Source: Nostoc sp. PCC 7120 = FACHB-418
Lineage (GTDB): Bacteria > Cyanobacteriota > Cyanobacteriia > Cyanobacteriales > Nostocaceae
Direction of reading: 5' to 3'
Assembly: GCF_000009705.1 (NCBI RefSeq)
Contig: NC_003272.1
Coordinates: forward strand, 4,800,001-4,832,000
Length of the DNA stretch: 32,000 nt
The number at the start of each line of letters is the position of its first letter. Positions within the stretch are counted from its first letter, which is position 1. This document shows, one piece after another, positions 15,387 through 23,653 of the stretch. The notes below the pieces were generated by a model. It had not been told where the DNA came from and searched no databases. It saw nothing but the letters and a program-made list of their open reading frames with translations. The position numbers were made by a program, and so were the translations under genes.

Positions 15387-15489
15387 AACTTGCCTGGAAA
15401 CTAGGTAAGCAGGGGAAAATAACTTTTGACTATGGACAAATGACAACTGACAACGCCTATATTAGACTAGCTAGTCTCTGAAGTCTGCT

Positions 15490-16980
15490 ATGACCATACA
15501 GCTGTTGAACGATCGCTATCAAGTTATCCGCACATTGGGTGCTGGGGGGTTTGGTGAAACCTATCTAGCTGAAGACACCTATATGCCTTCTAAGCGGCGG
15601 TGTGTGGTCAAACAATTACGACCGATTCAAAACAATCCTCAGATTTACCAGCTAGTACAGGAAAGATTCCAAAGGGAAGCAGCAATTTTAGAAGAACTAG
15701 GTGGTGCAACCGAACAAATTCCGGCACTATATGCTTATTTTTCCGCCGATGGGCAATTTTATTTAGTGCAGGAATGGGTTGAAGGGGATACACTTACAGG
15801 CAGACTACAACAACAAGGGTTATTTACGGAAAGTGCGATTCAAGAACTTTTGGTAAATTTGTTACCTGTGTTGGAATATGTCCACTCTAAACACATTGTC
15901 CACCGTGATATTAAACCAGATAACATTATTCTGCGTCATCGTGACGGTAAACCTGTACTCATTGATTTTGGTGCAGTGCGGGAATCAATGGGAACAGTCG
16001 TCAATTCCCAAGGTAATCCTACCAGTTCCATTGTCATTGGTACACCCGGATATATGCCCAGTGAACAAGCAGCCGGAAGACCAGTTTATTCCAGCGATTT
16101 GTATAGTTTAGGTCTCACAGCCATTTATTTATTAACTGGAAGACAGCCACAAACGTTAGAGATAGACTCCCAGACTGGGGAAATTATGTGGCGACAGTAC
16201 GCCAGTCAGATGAATCCGATTTTAGCTAGTGTACTTGATAAAGCGATCGCCTACCATCCACGCGATCGTTATGCCACTGCTAGAGCCATGTTAGATAATT
16301 TACAAAGTATCAGCAGTCCCATTCCCCCTACACAACCGTATTTTGCACCACCTCCAGTAGTATCTGCGCCACCACAGCCGACCGTTCCCGTAGCGCCCCA
16401 AGCAAACGTTACAGGTAATAATCAAAAAGGTATCCTCTTTGGTAGTTTGATTGCAGGCGGCTTAATCGGTGCATCAGTAATTATCGGACTAGCATTTACC
16501 AGGACACCGCAACCTGTAGCCGAAAACAACAACACATCTCCAGTCAATTCAATAACAGAAACACCAGTAATTAAAGCAACTCCTGAGGTTACCCAACCAC
16601 CAGTTACTGCACAACCTATTGTCCCATCCCCTCAACAACAGGTTAACTCTTCACCCTTTCCTTCCATCACATCTGTGCCAATAGATGTAAACATCAATAA
16701 CAATAATTATTTGTGGCTTTCCCAACAGGCTGTGACCGATGCAGATTTAGATGATAAAGATGGTTACACTCTAGATATTATGCGTAATACGGTGTTTGCT
16801 CGTCATGGTCGCCGTTTTGATAATCCAGGTTTACAAGATTACTTTAATAATCAACCTTGGTATAACCCCATATATTCACCTAAAGAATTTCCTATAAAAT
16901 TGCTGACAAGACTAGAGCAACGAAATGTGGATTATATTGCCGCATACCAAAAACGTTATAATTTGAGACATTTTAAGTAA
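15490..16980 (+). CDS. Hanks-type Ser/Thr protein kinase with a Pro-rich linker, one TM helix and a C-terminal YARHG domain, 496 aa.
   Basis: GAGGFGETYLA, VVKQL, HRDIKPDNIIL, DFG and GTPGYMPSEQ. TM helix ILFGSLIAGGLIGASVIIGLAF. C-terminal NTVFARHGRRFDNPGLQDYFNNQPWY is the YARHG motif. Confidence 0.9.
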   Translation: MTIQLLNDRYQVIRTLGAGGFGETYLAEDTYMPSKRRCVVKQLRPIQNNPQIYQLVQERFQREAAILEELGGATEQIPALYAYFSADGQFYLVQEWVEGDTLTGRLQQQGLFTESAIQELLVNLLPVLEYVHSKHIVHRDIKPDNIILRHRDGKPVLIDFGAVRESMGTVVNSQGNPTSSIVIGTPGYMPSEQAAGRPVYSSDLYSLGLTAIYLLTGRQPQTLEIDSQTGEIMWRQYASQMNPILASVLDKAIAYHPRDRYATARAMLDNLQSISSPIPPTQPYFAPPPVVSAPPQPTVPVAPQANVTGNNQKGILFGSLIAGGLIGASVIIGLAFTRTPQPVAENNNTSPVNSITETPVIKATPEVTQPPVTAQPIVPSPQQQVNSSPFPSITSVPIDVNINNNNYLWLSQQAVTDADLDDKDGYTLDIMRNTVFARHGRRFDNPGLQDYFNNQPWYNPIYSPKEFPIKLLTRLEQRNVDYIAAYQKRYNLRHFK

Positions 16981-17229
16981 TTAATTAGCAGCTTCTAGAG
17001 ATTTTTTAATTTGTTTTAATTGCTTCCAAAGTTGGTGAATTTGTTTATAGGCTTCTTCTGGAGCAATTTTTCCACCTGTTTGGAGACTACAAATATAGGT
17101 GACACGTTGAGAAAAATCTTGAAGATGTGCATTGAAAGCTACATACTCCTCCTTGAGTTCTCCATTATATGGATTACGAGGATAGAGAAAATCGCATAAT
17201 TCAGACAGGAAATCAGATTTAGTATTCAT
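16981..17229 (-). CDS. Hypothetical small soluble protein, 82 aa.
   Basis: An ORF with an ATG start and coding-like composition. Its stop codon abuts the kinase stop, so the two genes are convergent with no gap. I recognise no family. Confidence 0.5.
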   Translation of the reverse strand: MNTKSDFLSELCDFLYPRNPYNGELKEEYVAFNAHLQDFSQRVTYICSLQTGGKIAPEEAYKQIHQLWKQLKQIKKSLEAAN

Positions 17230-17306
17230 GGGATGTAATTAGCAATAGGTTGAATATTTGACAAGCAGATAATTGAGCATAAATAATATTTTTTACATAT
17301 ATCAAA

Positions 17307-17606
17307 TTAATTTGACTGCAAACTTCGCTTGTCTAACTTCCAAGTATGACCCTTTTGACAGGCATTACAAGCAGCAGTTTTAGGTTCAAAATCAAGACAA
17401 CCAATTGCCTGTTCAGAACAAGCTTTTTTAGGGTGTACAGTACACTTTAAACGATAATCATTAGTGAAATATTCACAATTATGACAAGGAACTTGATGTA
17501 ATTTCCACAAAAAAGAGATTCCTTGTCTACAAGTCGCCCACATACTACAAAGTAATAAAATCATGATTACCCAAGCAGATAAGGCACACAAAATTGTAGC
17601 CATCAC
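17307..17606 (-). CDS. Hypothetical Cys-rich membrane-anchored protein, 99 aa.
   Basis: N-terminal TM helix ILCALSAWVIMILLLCSMW followed by the cysteine motifs CHNCEYF...KCTVHP...CSEQAIGC...CNAC. No family is assigned. Confidence 0.5.
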   Translation of the reverse strand: MMATILCALSAWVIMILLLCSMWATCRQGISFLWKLHQVPCHNCEYFTNDYRLKCTVHPKKACSEQAIGCLDFEPKTAACNACQKGHTWKLDKRSLQSN

Positions 17607-17638
17607 TATTTGTTACTCCACAAAAAAATTTAGGAAAT

Positions 17639-17670
17639 TGCCTACAGTAAACTACCTTTAACCGTAGGCA
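17639..17670 (-). terminator. Possible terminator hairpin downstream of the 320-aa CP43-like gene.
   Basis: A TGCCTAC / GTAGGCA 7-bp stem with an 18-nt loop. On the minus strand a T-rich run (ATTTCCTAAATTTTTTT) follows, but it is not adjacent to the stem, so the call is weak. Confidence 0.3.
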
Positions 17671-17698
17671 GGGAAAGGAACTTGAGAAAAGCTAGTGA

Positions 17699-18661
17699 TT
17701 AGGAAATGTTACGCCCTCTCCAAGCGTGCCAAACATAACCCAAGAAAGCTAATATCCCTAGAAAAAATTGAATATTGGCAGCAAATAAACGTTCCGAACC
17801 GTAAAATTCCGTCGGAAAAACTGTAGTATTGTATCCCACAAAGCTGGCAGAAATCCAAGCCATCAAGGCTAAACCCAGTAAACTGTAAGCCAAAATTTCT
17901 TCGCCATTTTCTATTGGTAAAATTCTTCTCACCCAAGCAAATGGCTGTACGATAATATGCCAGATACCGCCAAAAATTAAAATGCCGCCAATCCAAATAT
18001 GACCACCAATGACATCCTCTAGATTGTCTACAGTTGCTATTCCTAAAGGATGCCAAGTATGATCTTTTAACCCGACTAAATAACCGAAAATTATGCCTGG
18101 GTTAAGAGTAGGGTTAGTAATCGAGCGTACATCTCCCAAATTAGTGTCATAAATGCCGCCAAAAAACATGGCTTTTAGCACTAGTAAGAATGCTCCTAAA
18201 CCCAGAATAATTAGGTGATGTCCTAAAATCAAACTCAATTGTTTAGGGTCATTCCATTCATAATGAAATTGCGCCGTTCTCCCACCGTTATTGTATAAAA
18301 TTGCTGGAGTGCGAAATACATGAAATAGTCCGCCTGCACCCAATACCGCAGAGGCAATTAAATGCAGTACACCAATGACGAAATAGGGATAGGTATCAAT
18401 TACTTGACCACCAACACCTACTCCCCAACCTAAGGTTGCTAGGTGTGGTAATAAAATTAAACCTTGCTCATACATGGGAACGTCAGGAACAAAGCGAAGG
18501 ACTTCTGAGATGGTAGTTGTTCCTGCCCAAAACATAATTAAGCCGGCATGGGCAATATGTGCGCCTAATAATTGACCAGATAAATCAGTCAAACGAGCAT
18601 TACCAATTAACCAAGGTAATTGTGTGTTTGCTGCAAAAGTTCTATCAGTAGAAATTGCCAC
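17699..18661 (-). CDS. CP43-like chlorophyll-binding protein (IsiA/Pcb family), paralog 4 in transcription order, 320 aa with a GTG start.
   Basis: [40 protein letters not shown] and [25 protein letters not shown] are typical of the six-helix CP43/IsiA family without the large lumenal loop. Its length and N-terminus align with the three neighbours. Confidence 0.85.
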
Positions 18662-18904
18662 TGTTATCTATCCTCTCTAGAAAAGTGCTGAGTTATGTAT
18701 AGACTCAGCACACTGACCTCATCCTTATCACTCAGAGAGCGAGACCGAAACTGACAACTGATACCAACTCAAAATTGAGAAATCCAAATTTTACAATGGT
18801 TTTAGGATTTGGATTTGTTTCATGATGTTGTTGAATTGGTATAAGGAGTTATTGAGATGCCATTGCTTTAACTTGCACATCTTTTCATGTTGGCTGTTAA
18901 CAGT

Positions 18905-19050
18905 TGACCGTTAGCCCTCCGGGTACTCTTCGAGAACTCCTTTCCTACGGAACGCTCCGCGAACGGAGAACGGCAGTGACGCTCCTAACGTCGCTACCGC
19001 AATCGACGGAAACCGCCAAGACTGCGACTGCCTCACAGCCAACAAACCAT
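18905..19050. other. GC-rich structured island within an AT-rich intergenic region. It could be a repeat element or a small RNA.
   Basis: A local run of CG-containing sequence (CCCTCCGGGTACTCTTCGAGAACTCC...ACGCTCCGCGAACGGAGAACGGCAGTGACGCTCCTAACGTCGCTACCGCAATCGACGGAAACCGCC). It holds two adjacent hairpins: CTCCG-CGAA-CGGAG (18955..18968), and an 11-bp stem CGGCAGTGACG / CGTCGCTACCG (18971..18999) with one mismatch and one wobble pair. Confidence 0.4.
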
Positions 19051-19083
19051 ACAAGTGACTATGTAATTTAAAAGCGTAATAGC

Positions 19084-20118
19084 TTACTCAGCACTACTAA
19101 TGGCATTCAATGACTTTTCAATTTGCCTAAAGTCAACGCCAATAGCGCGTAGCGCGTGCCACAGATGACCTTGCAAGAAGAAGAAAGCTAAGAAAAAGTG
19201 AGCATTAGCTAACCATGCTCTCGCACTGTAGCCGCCATCAGCTAACTTGACTGTATCGGCAAAATAAGGAGTGACACCAAACTTTAATTCTAAGGGCGCA
19301 CCATAGAACTCTACAGGATAAGCTAAGGTGTTGACCGCACAAAAATAAGCGGCGACAAACCCAGCCAAAGCAATACCACCCAAAGAATAAGAAAGAATCG
19401 CTTCACCAGAAAAGATTAACAGCTTTTTAGCCCAAGGTAACGGCTCTTTGACGATGTGCCAAATACCGCCACCAATCAGGATTAAACCTACATAAATATG
19501 ACCACCCACCAAATCTTCTAGGTTGTTAACACTGGCAAAATGAGTTTGATAGCCATAGATAACAAAGGGGTTGAGGGTGGGATGGTTAACTACTCTGACA
19601 ACCTGAGTTGTTGCGTCGTATAGTCCTCCCCAAAACATAGCTTTTCCTACCAGTAATAAAGCTGCCATGCCTAAAAACAGGAGGTGATGCCCTAAAATCA
19701 AACCGAGTTGTTTCGGGTCGTTCCATTCAAAGTGAAATTTACGAGCAGAACCAGTAGTGTTTTTTAAATTGCGTGGCCCTTTGAAGGTATGAAAGAGCGC
19801 ACCTGCTCCCAAAACGGCAGAAGAGATTAAATGCAAAGCTCCAATGACAAAGTAAGGGTAAGTATTGACTACTTGACCAGATACACCAACACCAAAACCC
19901 AAAGTAGCTAAATGGGGTAACAAAATAAGTCCTTGCTCACCCATTGGGATTTCGGGTTTGTAACGAGAAATTTCAAACCATGTAAACGCCCCTGCCCAGA
20001 GGGTTGTCAGAGCAGCTTGGGCTACGTGTGCGCCGATGAATAAGCCAGAGAGATTGGCGAAGCGGGCATTACCAGCCCACCAATCATATTTGATGTTGGG
20101 ATTATCGTATGTCTGCAT
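19084..20118 (-). CDS. isiA: Iron-stress-induced chlorophyll-binding protein IsiA (CP43'), 344 aa, the most canonical-looking paralog.
   Basis: [68 protein letters not shown] and [14 protein letters not shown]. The size and motifs fit IsiA. Confidence 0.85.
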
Positions 20119-20330
20119 TGGTTTCTAAATTTATAGAGTTGTTGCCAGAAATACTCAAGTATTGGCTGATTAACTTCAGCATAAAAAATTTGAGAGAATA
20201 ACTAGAGTTAATTGAATGCTTGAAGTTAACAGTTGATTTGGGTGGATATAAATCTAATTTATTGAAAAAGATTCTTAATTAATACTATTTTTTACAAAAG
20301 TTAACAATTATTTTGCAGTCAATTTAACAG

Positions 20331-20363
20331 CAAAAAATCGGCGACAATAAGTAATTTTGTCGC
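20331..20363 (-). terminator. Candidate Rho-independent terminator for the two-gene isiA-like/isiA-psaL transcription unit.
   Basis: The minus strand reads GCGACAA-AATTACTTA-TTGTCGC followed by CGATTTTTTG. It lies about 325 nt downstream of the 20689 stop, beyond MITE copy D. Confidence 0.4.
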
Positions 20364-20393
20364 TGTCAAAAAGGGTGAATCACCAATTAAATT

Positions 20394-20534
20394 AGGACTT
20401 ACCCATGAAAACCAAAAATCAAGGGTTTGGGCAAGGATATAGGGGTGTAGTGGTAAATATTTAAAACCATTACACCCCTATACCCTTACACCCTCACACC
20501 CAGTCTCAACAGACAATCTGGGTGCGTAAGTCCT
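20394..20534. repeat. MITE-like palindromic repeat, copy D, complete.
   Basis: AGGACTTACCCA...TGCGTAAGTCCT termini with one mismatch. It aligns along its whole length with copy B and is flanked by T and A. Confidence 0.75.
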
Positions 20535-20688
20535 ATAAATAGGAGAGTATTTACACCTCTACAACATAGGTTTGAAAAACCAAATTTTCTGTGTGCATAA
20601 GTGGTCAAACATCAGGTCACAATTCATTTTTACAAGTTTGATTACTGTAGAATAACCCGACTTTTTTCAACATTTGGAAACCTGATAT

Positions 20689-22119
20689 TTAGAAAAACAA
20701 ACTGCTATTAGTTACGAGCAAATAAGCAAATAAAGCTCCGCCGCAGCTACCAACTATCCAACCAGCATTAAACTCGCTCCAAGACTTAGCTGTTTTGAGA
20801 TTTTCTGGTAGCTCACCTTGGGGAGATTTGCCTTCTTGAAACCATGCACTGCCATATAGCCACAGGCATATTGATAAAATCAATAACAGACCAATGGTTG
20901 CAAGCAGTCCGGCTTGATTAGCAAACTCTGTATTCCGCAAGGGGCCTAATTTGACGAAGGGGCCAAGCAGGAAATAGCCATGAGCCATGCCGATTTCTAA
21001 GCCACGGGCAAAGGCAGACAAACCCGGACGATAAATTGGCAGATTTACCAAAAACTTCAGCGTCAAATCAGAAGTATTAATTGGGGTTTGGAGGTTTCCT
21101 AGTTCTGGTGTATCCAGATAGTTGACTACTCCCTGTTCAAAATTCAATCCAGCCTCTAGGACACGCACTCTCAAAGCGTGCCATATATGACCAGATAGAA
21201 ACACAATTGCCAAAGCAAAATGGCTGGTTGCTAACCAAGTACGAACCGAAATTACCCCTGATGTACTACTGAATCCCAAAGGGCCATAGAACTCAGTCGG
21301 ATAAACGGTGTCATTAACAGTCACAAAGTATGCGGCTAATAAACCCATATAGGCTAGAGCAGCAAGACTATAGGATAAGTAGGCCTCACCAGACCAGAAA
21401 AGTACCTTTTTCGCCCAAGCAAAAGGTTGAGTCAAGATATGCCAAAATCCCCCACCAATGCAGAGAATGCCTACCCAAATATGGCCACCAACAACATCTT
21501 CTAAGTTATTGACAGCAGCCATTCCCTGCTTGCCAAATGCACCGAAGAGATAACCAAAAATCCGAGCCGGATTGACAGTGGGTTCAGTAATGACTCTGAC
21601 AGATGCAACCGTTGAATCATAAAGACCGCCCCAAAATAAGGCTTTTGCGACCAACAACCAAGCACCTGCACCTAACAACAGTAAGTGAATGCCGATGATT
21701 GTGGTCATTTTGTCTTCATCTTCCCAGTCATAACCAAAGAAACCAGGAAATTGATTGTTTTCGGGCAATACTTCTGGCCCCAACAAGGCATGATAAATAC
21801 CACCCGCAGCGAGTACAGCCGAACTAACTAAATGCACTACACCAATGACGAAATAAGGATAAGTATCAATGATTTGTCCCCCATCACCAATACCAAATCC
21901 CAAGGTTGCTAAATGAGGCAGTAAGATTAACCCTTGTTCGTATATAGGTAGGGAGGGGTTGTATTTGGTGATTTCAAATAGGGTCATTGCCCCTGCCCAC
22001 AGGATAATTAAGCCTGCATGGGCAATGTGCGCTCCTAATAGACGACCTGAGAGATTGATAAACCTAGCGTTACCTGCCCACCATCCATATTGTTGGGGGT
22101 TGATTGTTGCCGTAGTCAT
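20689..22119 (-). CDS. IsiA(CP43')-PsaL fusion protein, 476 aa.
   Basis: The N-terminal ~330 aa belong to the IsiA family ([31 protein letters not shown]...). The C-terminal ~140 aa are PsaL-like ([52 protein letters not shown]...[16 protein letters not shown]). Confidence 0.9.
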
Positions 22120-22121
22120 AG

Positions 22122-23150
22122 TTAAATTACCTGCCCACGAGTTGGAAGTAAAACTTTTCCGGTCCGGAAATCAAAACCTGCCGCGCGGAGGGCGTGCCAA
22201 AGATGCCCTTGCAGGAAGAAAAAGCCCAGCCAAAAGTGAGCATTTGCTAACCAAACACGAGAGGATAATAAATCTGCACTTTGGAAGTAGGGAAAGCGGT
22301 CAAAACCAATACTCAATGCTGGCCCAAAAAACTCTACAGGGTAAGCCAGTGTGTTGATAGAAACAAAATAAGCCGCTATCAAACTCATTAAGCTTAATGC
22401 ACCTAAGCTGTAGGAAAGATATGCTTCTCCTGACCAAACAAAGAGACTTTTGACAAAAGCTGAAGGCTCGGTGGTAATGTGCCAGAGACCCCCAGCAATG
22501 CAGAGAATACTGACCCAAATATGACCACCAACCAAGTCTTCGAGATTATCGACTCCCGCAATCCAATATTTATGACTACCAAATAGGTAGCTAAAAATAG
22601 TTGCAAAGTTCCAAGTCGGATGAGAAATAACTCGCACTTCTCCTAATGTGGGGTCGTATAAGCCTCCAAAAAAGACGGCTTTGGCAACGAGTAAGCCTGC
22701 TCCTAAACCTAGCAAAACTAAATGTATGCCCAGGATAGTCGTCATTTTATTAGCATCTTGCCAACGGTAGCCAAAGAAGGAAAATCTCTCTTCCAGAATG
22801 GCAGGGCCGAGGAGAGCATGAAAAATTCCGCCTAGACCCAGAAAGGCAGAGCTAATCAGGTGTAATACTCCAATCACAAAGTAGGGATAGGTATCTATAA
22901 CCTGACCACCACTACCCACACCCCAACCCAGAACGGCTAAATGGGGTAGGAGAATTAAGCCTTGCTCATACATTGGTTGTGATGTCTGGAAACGGGCTAG
23001 TTCAAACAAGGTTGTTGCTCCTGCCCACAGCACAATTAAGCCTGCGTGAGCCACATGAGCGCCTAACAGTCGCCCTGAAAGATGAGTTAAGCGAGCGTTA
23101 CCAGACCACCAAGGGATAGAGTTGGGAGTTTGCACAGCGATGCTCGTCAT
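22122..23150 (-). CDS. CP43-like chlorophyll-binding protein (IsiA/Pcb family), first gene of the array, 342 aa.
   Basis: [43 protein letters not shown] and [16 protein letters not shown]. Its stop is 2 nt from the start of the fusion gene, so the two are probably co-transcribed. Confidence 0.85.
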
Positions 23151-23199
23151 CGTGTCATTTCCTAAGAATGGTTTGAAATGGTTATGATGCGGAAAAAAA

Positions 23200-23265
23200 C
23201 TTATTGACTATTTATATCAATAAGTCTGGAGGATATCTTAGCAGATTTATTGAAATAAATTATCA
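23200..23265 (-). promoter_or_regulatory. Candidate operator region upstream of the isiA-family operon, possibly Fur-type.
   Basis: A perfect 8-bp inverted repeat CTTATTGA-N9-TCAATAAG (23200..23224) lies about 50 nt upstream of the ATG. On the minus strand TGATAATTTATTTCA (23251..23265) resembles the 7-1-7 Fur box TGATAATNATTATCA. Confidence 0.3.
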
Positions 23266-23653
23266 GTAAGTGAAAATAAATTTTGAGATGTTGGGGCGAT
23301 CGCTCATTACCAATCAAAAAGTCGTAGAGGCGGCAGAAATCAAGATTTATCCCACAGATAGAAATTTCGTCTCTAGTAACAAATCAATCATTATCAGTCT
23401 CTTACAAGGGAAAAGATTTGGAACTCTCTGTCATTACTGCACGAAGATAAGGGGTAAAGTTGATTCCACAATTTCGCATATAGCTGATGTTGGCAAGCTT
23501 CGTTGTAGTAAATTGTAGTTTGTGTAGCGGGAGTTTTTGATCCATCCGTAAGCGATAATCACTTATGCGAACAGGAATGGGCTTTTGGTCTGGTTTGGAA
23601 TTCTAGATATTTAACTACAAAAAATTAGTGCATCTGCTCCTAACTATTAACTT

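Noticed and set aside
17709-18056. A 115-aa minus-strand ORF inside the 320-aa CP43-like gene.
   Set aside because: It is an alternative frame of a gene with strong family motifs, and its translation is rich in Trp, Arg and Cys with no motifs.
21959-22357. A 132-aa + strand ORF spanning the junction of two isiA-family genes. Other short ORFs lie in 21330..22606.
   Set aside because: They are antisense or out of frame relative to well-supported CP43-like genes.
23270-23518. An 82-aa + strand ORF (GTG start) in the isiA/lpxB-like divergent intergenic region.
   Set aside because: It has no ATG, no convincing RBS and no recognisable motif, and it sits in a likely promoter region. I cannot exclude a small gene, but the support is too weak to list it.
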